From positions 101,184,001 through 101,248,000 of the forward strand of contig OZ024745.1 of NCBI GenBank assembly GCA_964016885.1: a stretch of 64,000 bases of DNA, read 5' to 3'. A model generated the notes under the pieces. It did no database searches. It saw nothing but the letters and a program-made list of their open reading frames with translations, and had not been told where the DNA came from. The stretch's first letter is position 1; every line of letters begins with the position of its first letter. This DNA comes from Eledone cirrhosa (lineage: Eukaryota). The translations under genes and the position numbers were made by a program. Shown here piece after piece: positions 1-12,576 of this stretch.

Positions 1-181
1 TTAGTAGTTTTCGCTGTATGTTTGACTGTAGAAAATAGTCAAATAATATGAAGTATAACTCCCAGAATGGATAAAAATGAATATCATTATGGAAGAGATA
101 CCCACGCTTTTCCGTTCTGCGAGCTTATACGCCCTGTTATTTGACTATTTTCTACAGTTACGTATAGGCGAAAGCTACTAA
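1..181. repeat. Imperfect fold-back/hairpin (MITE-like), possibly truncated by the window edge
   Basis: TTAGTAGTTTTCGC (1-14) pairs with GCGAAAGCTACTAA (168-181); ACTGTAGAAAATAGTCAAATAA (25-46) is the reverse complement of 137-158. Confidence 0.7.
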
Positions 182-197
182 GTCAATTTTCATGAAC

Positions 198-309
198 AGT
201 GGATTGGCAGTATCGGTGGAGGGTCGGACGCCATGCTTTCCAGCATAGTTACGTCCCTTTACGATCTGAGTTCAAATCCCGCCGAGGTTGTGCCTAAAGT
301 AGAAACAAT
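198..309 (+). mobile_element. tRNA-derived SINE, internally deleted copy
   Basis: A-box-like TGGCAGTATCGG, B-box GAGTTCAAATCC; jumps from GAGGTTG straight to TGCCTAAAGTAGAAAC (TTG microhomology), losing the central domain present in other copies. Confidence 0.85.
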
Positions 310-324
310 CATATATATATATCT

Positions 325-440
325 CCCGAATGAAACAGTTCTAGTCCTGTAAAAGCCATTTCTATATTAAATATTTATACTCTGCTATGTATTGAGTACC
401 TTACTTACTGTGTTTACCCCCGATTGACCCCGGGACAAAC
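325..440 (+). mobile_element. PLE 3'-end remnant (family A), 3' half of hammerhead plus tail
   Basis: GAAACAGTTCTAGTCCTGTA...TACTCTGCTATGTATTGAGTACC matches 16322-16430 and about 39997-40110; flanked by (TA)n. Confidence 0.75.
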
Positions 441-778
441 ATATATATATATATATATATATATATAGTTGATAAAAGAAACAAAACAAATACAGAGATG
501 CAAATATATATGAGTTTAAATGAGTTGATAATACAACCATATTAAAACGAAACGCTCGTAAATCAATTAAGTGATTTAAATCCTTGTTAATCCTTATTTC
601 ATATATATATATATGGGATAACAAATTATCGTTATAGGTAATCCAGTTATAGGTTGGGAATACTCCGTAATGTGGATAGTTTTAGCGTACGGCGTTGTTT
701 GACTCAACAAGAGGTTTCCTTAGGTAGCGAGTTTGTGAGTTCTCGGGAATTCCTATGCAAGTTAACCTTGGAGTAATA

Positions 779-1067
779 ATAGTGAAAGAGTGAAGAATAA
801 CATGGTCAACAGTACAAAAAGGGTTTTATTTACAGTATTAACAATTGTTTCATTGATTAAGTTGTCTAAAAATTGCTAATCACTTGAAGTTGTGTCATTC
901 AATTTTAAATACAATGTATGCTTAATCAAATCATCGGAAAAACTGATTAAAATTATACACGGCGTTTGTAATATACTAAGGAAATTCAAATCACAACATC
1001 AGTTAATACTGTTAATACTGTAAATAAAACCCTTTTTGTACTGTTGACCATGTTATTATTCACTCTT

Positions 1068-1073
<6 letters not shown>
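779..1073. mobile_element. PLE-like remnant with about 63-bp inverted ends and a degenerate hammerhead on the minus strand
   Basis: About 780-843 is the reverse complement of about 1011-1073; the minus strand has CTGATG...long insert...T GAAAC AATTGT T; abuts (TA)n. Confidence 0.55.
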
Positions 1074-1121
<48 letters not shown>

Positions 1122-1129
<8 letters not shown>

Positions 1130-1470
1130 AAAAATAGTCCTTCGTCAGTGATTTTCCAACCATCATTGGTATTTCATCGCATTAAAAATCATATACCTCA
1201 GGTTGGTGCGAGCAATAACTAAAAAAAGTTATTGGGACCAGTAAATCGCGTAAAGCGAGGGGGACAAGTGAACAACATAGAAGGATAAAAGCAATTACGC
1301 GATTTACTGGTCCCAATAACTTTTTTTAGTTATTGCTTGCACCAACCTGAGGTATATGATTTTTAATGCGATGAAATACCAATGATGGTTGGAAAATCAC
1401 TGACGAAGGACTATTTTTATCATATGTAACCTATGTGCAACCACGCAGTATTCTTCTTTCTTCTCATGTT

Positions 1471-1473
<3 letters not shown>
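1122..1473. mobile_element. Palindromic PLE end-remnant (about 130-bp arms, 1122-1252 and 1295-1425) between (TA)n tracts
   Basis: Near-perfect inverted repeat with a short spacer and a one-sided tail; homologous to 24696-24825 (minus). Confidence 0.85.
1310..1411 (+). ncRNA. Candidate non-circularly permuted hammerhead ribozyme with kink-turn (copy 1; antisense duplicate at about 1136-1238)
   Basis: GGTAT-A-TGATTTT (1351-1363) ... T-GAA-ATACC (1372-1380) ... AAAATCA-CTGACGA-A-GGAC (1393-1411); helices covary with copies 2 and 3. Confidence 0.65.
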
Positions 1474-1526
<53 letters not shown>

Positions 1527-1971
1527 GCACGTTCGTGTTTTGTGATTAGCTATCAGACAAACTTTTTAAACATTCATTTAGTTTAGTGAAATGTGAATTT
1601 TTACGTTTCCCTTAGTAACTTGGTTGTTGCAATATTGTTTATATGGTGTAGACAATCTTAATTTTAACGACTTAGAGAAGAAATCTGTAAGATATTGCCT
1701 TCCGTGCTTCATCATCTGTTGAATAATCTGACTTCTATGCCTCATAATGGAGCAACAGTTATAATGGCTGTCCTATAGCTATGGTGGAGGGTTGTTCAGC
1801 TGTATACCCTGGTAGGTCTATCCAAGCTATAAAGATACTGGATTACTGACCATATGGAAACACTGCCTTTCTGATGAGGACACACAGATGAGACGTTGGA
1901 GGCTGGAATTTAACTAAATCTAAATCTGCACTAGTGGAATGGTGTCATAGAAAGCTGAAGTAAAGTAAAGC

Positions 1972-2150
1972 AGGCATGCCAAACTGAGGGTCCCCCCGAG
2001 GGCGACTTGGGTCACATATGTGTTGACTGAGGGCCATACACGGCAACTAATTGCGCACATTACAACACATTATTTTATTTTATATTACGAAGATAAAACA
2101 TGTCCACGCTGTAAAAACCTTTGTGCGGGCTGCAGCTGTGCTTGTAAAGG
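1972..2150. mobile_element. hAT-type MITE fragment related to 20015-20221
   Basis: Starts CAGGCATGCCAAACTGAGGG; resembles the reverse complement of the 20015-20221 element. Confidence 0.55.
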
Positions 2151-4472
2151 ATGCGCTTTTGTATTTTGTGAGTTAATTGGACTCTTCACCAGAGGTAGAG
2201 TAAAATCCAAGCAGTCAGTGAGAGGAGAATTGGCGGAACGTTGGCGCGTCAATAAAATGATATCTTCTCGTCATTACATTCAGAGTTCGAATCCCGCTCA
2301 GGCTTATTTTGCATTTGAAATGTCCGGGGTCAACAGAGTAAAGTACCAGTTAGATGCTGAGATCTATTTGTTTGACTTTATCTGGCCCCAAAATTGTTGG
2401 CCTAATGCCTAAAACCTTAGGTGCCTGTAGACAACCAAGGATTCTCTGCGAAATGGAAAAGCCCATTGTGTCTAGCGATGCATAAGGACATCTGATAATC
2501 TGCTCAATTATAAGATGTTTCACCACGTGGGGGCAAGTAAGTGGGCGCTGACTTTTTATGGTGGTGACATAGTTGTGACATGATCACAGCTTAAAATACA
2601 CATAACAAGACTAAATGTATGTTTTAATCTACGTCAACATATTGTATATGGGTTCATATTCGCTTTTATTCTGAATCACGCTCTGTTATCGCTATCGCTA
2701 ATTAAGTAATTTATTCCAGTCTGTATCACCCATACCAACAACCGTCTTATAACTGAATGGTGATAAATATCGTGTTTGTTGTAATTTGAACCATTTCAGT
2801 ACTGGTTTGGTAGATTTATGATCGAAGGTATAATCTATCCAGAACTGCATTATCTAATATATGTTTTCTTAGTAAAGTGAGTAGTGTGTGATTTTAAGGA
2901 GATTTGGTTGTTATTTTTAGCATAAATATTGGGAGAGGAGTATACTTAACTGACCTCTATGCAATGAAAGACAAAGTCGAGACCTACAGCTGATTTCGAC
3001 CCAGAGTATTGTTGACAGAACAGAACTAAACGCAAAAAACAATATACTAACATAATTCGTATTTAAAAACCATTTAGAATGGTTATAAACAGGTTTCAAC
3101 TAATGGTTTTTTATCATTGGAACACGTTTATATATTTTAAAGATATATTTGACCATAGAAAGATGAAGAGTAAATTAGACTCTGCCGAGATTTGAATTAA
3201 GAATGTTAGTTGACAGAAATTAATACTGAAATATAAATACCGCAATGCTTTTAAATTATATTTTACAATGGTCATGTAAATTATCATTATAACAACCAAA
3301 AGCGGTGATGACTGAAATAACAGTAGAGCTATGGATTGACTACCTTGTGGGATTCAGTTACATCGCTTACACCCAGAACCTAAATTCCTCTGAGTTCGTC
3401 TTTTCCTCCATCATTCAAAAGTGAATAATATTTAGGTTGATTTAATGACATTTATGGTTTTGTGTTTTTGTGTTTTTGGAATGGGTTGTGGACGACAAAA
3501 TCAGCAGCTTGTTAAGCTGTATCCGGGTAGCTATTAGTTAAATCCTGCTGAGGACAATTTTGCTTTTCATACATACAGGGCTATAAAATAAACTGGCAGT
3601 CAACTATTGATGTCATAGACCGCGTATTTCCACAAAAATATGTGGCTTTGTACCAATGTTAGAAATCTATTTTATAACGTCCAGCTTCCGATATTAGAAA
3701 TGTATGTCATAACGACCAGCTTCTCATAATCTTATTAACTAGAGAAATGCTCATATTACAAGATTGAAAATATTACACTATTATTCTTTGACATAATGTG
3801 AATATTCTCCATAACACTAGCACGTTATGCTCTTGTTCTTTTACTGCTTTAATTCACTGAACTACGACCATGCTGGGTATATTATGAAGAGTCAATCCTT
3901 CAGATTCGAATACATTTAATGATATGCCTACTGGGTGGTAAAAGTGAATGTAAAAAAAGGACCCCCTACTTGTATACCAAATTGATTGTGCTTGCTTCGC
4001 TTCCTTACTGTGGCAATAACAGAACTGCAGTGTTTGGGGGAAAATGATGTAGACAACTTCCGACAGCATGAGTATTGAAACAGAGGAGAGAGAGAGAGAT
4101 TAAAAATAAGCAAACACACGTGTATGTAATTTCCCTTATCAACGTTTATATCTGACATGTGATGGAAATTGAATGCTTGAATGAGCCAAAGATTAAATGA
4201 GACTTAGCCAAACAAAACATCCAGCACGTCACACAACCCAAGGAAACACACATGGCAAAGAAGGGGGTTTAGTTTGCTAAACCCCAACCGATGTAAAATT
4301 TAGTCATTCCCCATACTTGTTTGTTAATCCTTTCTCAATCACGAAATTGTGAAGGACCAAACTTTATTTCCGGTTTGCTGTTGCAATAAGCGGGTGAGAG
4401 ATAATCGTTTCCTCTAAAAGTATGCTGGTCTATCACAAATTTGATGTAGTAAATTGGTAGTACCATTAGAGC

Positions 4473-4860
4473 AACGGTTTCCAAGCAGAGTGTCGTGACA
4501 CCCTAGGGTCTGGTACACTGTAGTTAGGAGTTACGTGAGGTCAAATGAAAAAGAAAGGTTATGACATTGTATTCAGCTTTCATTTATAGTTTATTGCTAT
4601 TTAGAATTGGCAAGGACCGTAAATTGGCAGAATCAACTTGCAGTATTTGTTTCGTTTTTTTTTTACGTTCAAGTTCTGCTGAGGTCTGTCTTCTTTGTAG
4701 GGTCAATAAATAAAGTACCAGTCGCGTAATGACATTGATATAACCTACTGTACCCTTCTCCTGATATTTCTGCCTTTGTGCCAGTGTTATAAACAGTTAT
4801 TCAGCATTCGCACAATAGGGTGATAGGATGATATGGTCAAAGAAACGTTGGAACGCACTG
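4473..4860. mobile_element. Degenerate hAT-type MITE with an old SINE inside
   Basis: Termini CAACGGTTTCCAA ... TTGGAACGCACTG, flanked by 8-bp CATTAGAG/CATTTGAG; SINE-like sequence at about 4620-4800. Confidence 0.45.
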
Positions 4861-5230
4861 CATTTGAGCGGCAGATAGAATGTCTTGCGGCATTCACCCC
4901 GCCTCTGCGGCCTAAGTTTAAATTCCATCAAACTCAACATTGCTATAAATCATTTCGGAGTCGATGAATAATCTACAAATCAATTACTGGGATCCATTCT
5001 TCTTTCTTTGTAACTCTGAATTGTACCTGTAATTTATAAAGGTAAAATTTTGTCACATTGTTTCACTCTGATTTATGTTGTATACCTGTTAATTTCACAC
5101 ATAGAAATTTAAGCTCAGACCATAAAGGGCCGTAATTCTTTTCTACAAAACATGGTCTCCGACGCACTCCCGATACTATTAATCCACCGCTCTAATCTGC
5201 ATTAATAATAAATATATGTATATTACATTT

Positions 5231-5400
5231 ATCGGTAGAGGGTCGGACGCCATGCTTTCCAGCATAGTTACGTCCCTTTACGATCTGAGTTCAAATCCCG
5301 CCGAGGTTGACTTTGCCTTTCATCCTTACGGGGTCGATAAAATAAAGTACCAGTAATGCACTGGGTAATTGCTGGCCTTGTGCCTAAAGTAGAAACAATT
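5231..5400 (+). mobile_element. tRNA-derived SINE (dominant family)
   Basis: Near-identical to the 60846-61625 units; central GCCTTTCATCCTTACGGGGTCGATAAAATAAAGTACCAG resembles the MetaSINE central domain (from memory). Confidence 0.9.
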
Positions 5401-6769
5401 ATATTTGTGTGTGTATGTATATGTGTGTGTACACATACATGTGTAAGGGTGAGAAATATGTGAACGTTACAAAATACCGCAACTACTACTTTAATCTAAA
5501 AGTCTGATATATTTTTCTGAGTTCTAACCTTACTTGGATTTCTTTTGCTTTCATTCAAGCAGAGTCGTTAAAAAGTTTGACTAATTTCCATTAATCAATT
5601 AAACTATATTCACTCCGTACACAGAGGAAATCAGTAATATGTAATGCATCGTCTGCCAACAAAAGATATGCAGTTTATGATGTTTCTTGTACCTTTACAT
5701 TTTATCATTCTACATTGTTTCCAAATTTGTCCTAAATTTTATAATAAAATCTTTGGTTATTGTTTCCTTACTATAGAAATGAGTCTTTCTGTTAGAATGA
5801 CACCCAGAGATACATGTTTTTTGTTAAACACTCCTCTTGAGTTGATGATATATATGGTAATAAGATGAGCTTTGGGATTTGAGTGATGTCTTCTATATTT
5901 CCGTATAAAAATCAACAGAACGAGATTAGCAATTTCAAGAGATTAAACCAATCCGTAAACAGTTCAGGACAGAGATATTATGTTGTTAAATTCTAGGTGA
6001 GAATACTACGTCCACTCAGGTAAACATGAAACCGATGTTTCGATTGGGTTTGTTCTAGTATTTAAGATGATATACTTCCCATGTCCTTGCTTATATTTAA
6101 GGAAAAGTGTTAATAAAATGCATAAAAGCATCCTTGGCTATCATACGATTTACTCAGTATGTGTAGTGGATCTGTAATTGGCTATTTTTGATGGTTGTTT
6201 GGATACTGGGTAGGATGACGCTGGCGATTGTTTTTCTATTTGGTACAGTTTAGAAAAGAAGGACAAGTTTCTACTATTCTCCCAACATTTCTATGTCAGT
6301 AATTAGTCTGGAGTCTGCGTGTCTGCGTTCAAAAGACCGACACGGAATACATCACCACAAATATACACTCCCTCGCCGTTGTTTTTCTTTTTCCGAGACA
6401 ACCACCATGTCAGTTGCTTTTTTTCGTTGTCAGATGACCTTTTATAATTTATATTTTTAAGGTAGCTTCGTTATATAGCTAAGTCTCTCTCTATCTCTAT
6501 CTCTCCATACATCCTTCCATATTTCACTCTCTTCCACTATTTTCAACTATCACTTCATCTCTTCTTTCTTTCTTTCTGCACTCTTTCCCACTTTCGTATT
6601 CTCCCCCTTTTAATTTATGTCTCTTTTCCCAATCATTCTCACTCTCCTTCCCTCAATTTCCTTATCTCCTTTTCTTCAACCCCATATATATGTACTCTTT
6701 TCTTCTTAATCCATGCCATACTTTCCTTCAATCGGTAGATTAACCAATTAATCTGAAATAAATTCAGAG

Positions 6770-7050
6770 CTGAACGGGAGCCTCCCAAAAGTCAGCTCGC
6801 AAGTAGCACAGAAGTAGTGACTGAGGCTGGACATGCTCACCGACATCCAGAGTTGACACTGCACTCAGTGCTCTTGCGGGAGCCCCTGCGCGGACACACT
6901 AGAAGAGGGAGACCGAGGTTGACATATGTTGATACCCCAAGGACAGACACTGGTCTCTTGGAGACGCAGGACATGGCAGCGATGATGAGGGACAGAGACC
7001 GCTAGAGAGAACTCGTCCATGGATCTCGGGAATTTTACCCGCCCTAGATA
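6770..7050 (+). mobile_element. RTE-like LINE 3' fragment
   Basis: Translation AGHAHRHPEL...RGHTRRGRPRLTYVD...MRDRDR is typical of the RTE C-terminus; followed by a (TAGA)n tail. Confidence 0.65.
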
Positions 7051-8109
7051 GATAGAAATTCAATGTGTATAACTACAGTTCTTTTTTTATGTTAATTATA
7101 AGCTTTACCCTGTAAAAGGAGCAAAGATAAACATATTTTGTTATTCTCTTCGTACAGAGAAAAAGAGAAATTACCTTAATATGTTTCACAGCTAGCCGGT
7201 TGTTCATCAAAAGAAAATTACTCTTACCTTTTCGCTCACGAAAAGAAATTAAAACAAATTACTAGAATTTATATTATAATTTGCATCACGTGCATTAATT
7301 TGTATCGGGATTATTCAAGTAATAAATATCTTTGCACAACATAGTGTATTCAAAACTCTAAGATAAATTTAATCTAGGTATAACTACAGCCTCTTTCTTT
7401 TTTATTTTGCAGCATCATCGTGTACAACAAAATAAGGTTACAATTATTCTACAAAATGAGGTTATATTTATTCTACAAAATGAGGCTATATTTATTCCTT
7501 TTACTCAGCGTAGTTTAAAACTTAAAAGAAAACTGATTTTTTAATATACGCTGTGCTGTGCATAAACACTTATTATGCCACCCCTTCTGTTGCCTGTCAT
7601 ATATATATATATATCTTTCTACATCATTTTTCGCCATTTAAAACATTTTCTGGTCACTATTTAATCCACCCATTCTCTTCTGTCTTTTTCCCCCAAGAAA
7701 CTTGCATTGTAGTAGCAGTGTAGCGACTGAGAATGTAGAAAGAGGACTGAGCATGTATGTGGTACAGAAACTGTGTATTATAAATACAGCTCTACCGCAC
7801 TCATTTACCGCAAACATCTATTTCCTACTGCCTGCTCATCTGTCGTTTCATTGTTGGACTGGCAATGGTCTTTAAAGACTTGGCCAAGATAACATGTGTA
7901 AAGTTTATACGTAATGTATATATGTCCCAGCATGGCCTCTGCCAGATGGCTGCAGCAGGTAAAAGAGTATGTAACAGGGGCGGTGGAACTGGGGGGGGGG
8001 GGTATGTAGGGGAAGCCATGCCGCCACCCCAAGTAATTATATTTTGCTCTGCATAGTAACAAAATACATCTATTTGTATATGCGCTACAATTTATGTAAA
8101 TGTGATGTA

Positions 8110-8560
8110 GAGGCAGATGGGAGATATAGATATAGAGAGGGGGAGAGTTTGGTGGTAATTGATATAGAGAGGAACATTGGGAAAGTGTGTTGTATATCAG
8201 ATATAGAGAGGGGAAGAGATTGATGTTTATTGATATAGAAAGGGGATTTGAAGAGAGTTCCGCGTTGTAGATATAGAGAGGGGGAGAGTTTGATGTTAAT
8301 TGATATAGAGAGGGGGGTTGGGAGAGTATGTTGTATGGTTGATGTAGACAGAGTGAGAGTTTGGTGGTAAGGAATAGAGTAAGAGGATTGATAGAGATAA
8401 GTATCGATAGATATAGAGAGGGGGGAGTTTTGTAGTGATGGATAGAGTAATTTCTATTTATTTACCACCAGGGCATCAAAGATTGGGACAAATACAAAGG
8501 GGGGAGTTTACATACATTTAAAAGTGATGGATAGAGTGAGTGGGAACGAGAGAGATTGTT
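8110..8560. repeat. Degenerate purine-rich tandem repeat
   Basis: Recurrent GATATAGAGAGGGGGAGAGTTTG-like units. Confidence 0.6.
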
Positions 8561-8715
8561 GTATGGCAAATTCATAAGCAGGGGGTTGAGTCGATTATAC
8601 AAGACCTGGGAGTACGTGAATTATTGACGGATGCAAGAATGAAAATACAATACCGAAGTATGTGAAACTTTAAACTTACAAAGCTCACCAATAGCCATAA
8701 TAAATGAATGTACCG

Positions 8716-8821
<106 letters not shown>

Positions 8822-9008
8822 TATCGAGCCTCTTCGCATATATATATATATGTATATATAGGTTCAAGCCACGTGGCATAGTCCACACCCACCCTCCCGC
8901 ACCAAAATTAGACTTAACGTCCCCTACTTTTGCTCTTTACTCTCTTTACTCTTTGTTCTTGAATGTTTGGTTGGTAGATTCCATAACACCAATCAAACCC
9001 CTTTTATA

Positions 9009-9053
9009 GCTCTGACGAATCCTACGGTTACGTAAGGAAGAAACATTGTAAGC
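9009..9053 (+). ncRNA. Minimal type I hammerhead ribozyme in a PLE remnant (about 8862-9100) between (TA)n tracts
   Basis: GCT-CTGACGA-ATCCTACG-GTTA-CGTAAGGAA-GAAA-CATTG-T-A-AGC; stem I GCT/AGC, GUA triplet. Confidence 0.7.
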
Positions 9054-9097
9054 CAATAAAAATCTTTTGATGTTGTAGACGCTCTTGTGTTCTTTAT

Positions 9098-9098
9098 C

Positions 9099-9140
<42 letters not shown>

Positions 9141-9272
9141 ATATATATATATGTGTATATATATATGTATATATATATATGTGTATATATATATATGTAT
9201 ATATATATGTATATATATATATATGTATATATATATGTATATGTATATATGTATATATATATATATGTATGT

Positions 9273-9327
<55 letters not shown>

Positions 9328-9645
9328 TATGTATGTATATATATATATGTATGTATATATATATATATGTATGTATATATATATATAGTTATATATATGT
9401 ATATATATATGTGTATATATATATGTATATATATATGTATATATATATGTGTATATATATATGTATATATATATGTATATATATATGTATATATGTATAT
9501 ATATATATGTATATATATATATGTATATATATGTATATATATATATGTATATATATATATGTATATATATGTATATATATATATGTATATATATATATGT
9601 ATATATATATATGTATATATGTATATATATATATATGTATATATG

Positions 9646-9678
<33 letters not shown>

Positions 9679-9755
9679 GTATATATGTATATATATATAT
9701 ATGTATATATGTATATGTATATATGTATATATATATAAATGTATATATATATATG

Positions 9756-9786
<31 letters not shown>

Positions 9787-9827
9787 GTATATATGTATAT
9801 ATATATATATGTATATATGTATATATG

Positions 9828-9894
<67 letters not shown>

Positions 9895-9987
9895 GTATAT
9901 ATGTATATATATATGTATATATATATATGTATATATATATGTATATATATATGTATATATATATATATGTATATATATATGTATATA

Positions 9988-10032
<45 letters not shown>
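9098..10032. repeat. Very long interrupted (TA)n/(TATG) microsatellite
   Basis: About 930 bp of TA with interspersed G; source of the spurious YI-repeat ORFs. Confidence 0.98.
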
Positions 10033-10036
<4 letters not shown>

Positions 10037-10135
10037 GATGAATAAATTGGGTGTAATTCCAGTTTCGTACCAAATGCGAAGAGGCTCGATATATTTACCC
10101 CTTAGGAAAGGGCACAGAACATAATTCTTTTTTAA

Positions 10136-11048
10136 TCTATATATATAAAACTGAGGATGTCTGTCTGTGTGTGTGTGAGTTTGAATCCCTAAAACTAGAG
10201 AAACACCCAACCGACTGTTTTCAAACTTTACACATGTAATATTTATGTTTCAGAGAGTGTTTTGAGCAAAATAAAAATTCAAATTTTCAATGCCCTAGGG
10301 ACCACATTAGGCGATTTAGCGATCTCTCTCTATAATTCTTGGTCTTTCTCTTTTTAGATAGATACATACATATAACGTTGCGCTCTTATAATATCTGTCT
10401 GCATTACGTCACTCCCCTCAGGATGTCTGTCTCTGTGTGTGTGTCTGTGAGTTTGAATCCCTAAAACTCGAGAAGTACCCAAACGATTTTTTTTTACTTT
10501 ACATGTGTATTAATTATGTTTCAGGGAGTGTTATGCACATAAAAAATTCAACTTTTTGATCTCCTAGGGCCCGCATTAGTTTAAAAACTGAGTTTTTTAA
10601 GCTTTTAAAGGGTTTTTTGAGGCGTTACGTCAGACCGTTTTCCTTGAAATTGTAACTATGTATTAGTCAGTCTCTTCTTCATACCATGAGCAAAGAAAAT
10701 CCAACTTTTTTATGGCCTAGGGCCCGCATTAGGTGAAAAACTTCTTCATTTTTTCAGCTTTTTAGGGCTTTTTTGAGGCGTTACGTCTAGTCGATTTTCC
10801 CAAAATTTCAAGGCATATTATGCACATAAAAAAAATTAATTTTCTTGATCCCCTAGGGCCGGCATTAGGTGAAAACCTGCATTTTTCCTGCTTCATCTAG
10901 GAAAATCTTAAAGATTATCCAGCCATCAGAGTATTCGGTTTATTTTCTTTACATATTGTCCAGGCATGCAGTTTTTCCACGATTAGGTCTGTTGGCGGCC
11001 CGCCTTCCAAAATACCTTATCCCGTGCAACGCCGGATACCACTGCTAG
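10136..11048 (+). mobile_element. Non-autonomous Helitron-like element
   Basis: A|TCTATATATATAAAA 5' end; 3' short hairpin CCCGTGCAACGCCGG then CTAG|T; internal CCTAGGGCCCGCATTAG subrepeats; related fragment near 52230-52320. Confidence 0.75.
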
Positions 11049-11059
11049 TTATATATATA

Positions 11060-11283
11060 AATTGGCGGCTGAACTGGTGGGGCATGACCTCTCCAATAAA
11101 ACTACCAAAACACACATCTATCTGGATATGCGCTACAATTTATGTACATAATATGTTTATTGCATATCGACCATTCTGACCATTTTAGAGTGCAAATAGC
11201 TAAACTAATCGCTACAAATAAATTGACCAAATCCCCCCCCCCTCTTCCCACACCAATTCAGAAATGCTTCCATCGCCCCTGTG
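11060..11283. mobile_element. hAT-like MITE family (other pieces at 7975-8100 and 13763-13925)
   Basis: CAGGG(G)CGRTGGAA-type termini and shared core GATATGCGCTACAATTTATGTA in three places. Confidence 0.6.
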
Positions 11284-12069
11284 TATGTATCTATGTATTT
11301 ATTCTTGCCTCCATGAATCTATAAACTCATGTTTCTTACAGTAGAATACTAGTTAAATTATTTTGTAAATATTTTAGTGTAGTCTTAACACCTGTGTGCG
11401 CTCGCACCCATTTATTATTTTAAGTAGTTCAAAGTTGGATATTATTATTCACTAGCAGTTTCTTTGTTACATAAACATTATATAAGAGGAGGGAAAATGT
11501 ACATTATGGATGTTTTATGATTTTCCGGAGCATATGGATCATTTGATGTGAAAAGATTCCAACTGTGAGTGGAAACAAGGTCATCAAGAACTTTACACTG
11601 ATCTAACAGTGCCTCCCTCATACCATTCTAAAATAACAACTCATTTCCTATCAAGACACATGCACACAAACACACAATTAATTAGAAGTGCAGAGAAACG
11701 GTAACTGTCGCGCTCAGAGCAATTACGTTTTGAAAGCCTTCGCTATAACCACCACGACCTGCTAAAAATAATAGTCGATTCTCTCTCAAATCGCATCTTA
11801 CAGTCTTATATAAGAAAGGAAACTGGATAATATATCTTATTTACAGAAAAAAAAAAAAAAAAGATGGAATGCTTTTTTTTTTACGGTTCTGTTTAATCAG
11901 AGTTCGTCAACAACAACAGAAAGAGACTGCACTGTGGAAGCAGTATGAGCAGACTGCAACACTGTCTCCCATACAATTCATTGTTACATGCCTGAGTGTG
12001 CAGCTTGTTCCTCAGACAGAACAATAACGTAAGTGGAACAATAGATTTGACAGTGAAGTCTGCGACAAC

Positions 12070-12125
<56 letters not shown>

Positions 12126-12149
12126 GTTATATTTCGTATATATATATAC

Positions 12150-12445
12150 ATCTAGTGACAAAATTATCTACGGCAACCTCCATTAACCATACCATCCGTG
12201 TCAGGCGTCGTCAACTTGCAGGTCATGTCATGTGAGGCAACGAACATGATACAAAGCCTTTTTCTATGGGAGCCCACTAATGTGAAATGCAAACGATGGA
12301 AGACCTCTCAAGACCTTAAAATGAGTCATTGAGAAAGATACAGAACAATCCAGTGAAGAACTGAAGCAGTTAATGCATGATTGTGTGGGATGGAAAAGTG
12401 TTATCATGTCACCACAAAGAAGTGGATGAATTTAGTAGTAGTTGT
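12150..12445 (+). mobile_element. Degenerate RTE-like LINE 3' fragment
   Basis: RQRRQLAGHV...WEP...GRP-like remnants and a (TAG)n tail. Confidence 0.5.
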
Positions 12446-12576
12446 AGTTATAGTATTTCATTATCTCCACCAGTGGTCATGAGTCCAAAATGTCCATTGA
12501 CACTTCATACCTTTTCTGGTTAAACCACTTTATTCTTAATAAGCTATGCCCCACCTAGATGTCGGAAATAGATATA

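Noticed and set aside
1346-1388. SECIS element or C/D snoRNA interpretation of the ATGA/CTGA motif
   Set aside because: Strand order is reversed relative to both (CTGA precedes ATGATG), and there is no SECIS apical AA loop geometry; only the k-turn module is supported.
1342-1392. Reading the motif as an ordinary type I hammerhead (CCAAC-CTGAGGT...GAAA...GTTGG)
   Set aside because: Would need A9>U and a cleavage triplet AUG/ACG, and it ignores the covarying stem directly before the perfect CTGAYGA downstream.
5231-5400. Functional tRNA genes at SINE heads
   Set aside because: A/B boxes are present but there is no proper cloverleaf, and they are always fused to the SINE body and tail.
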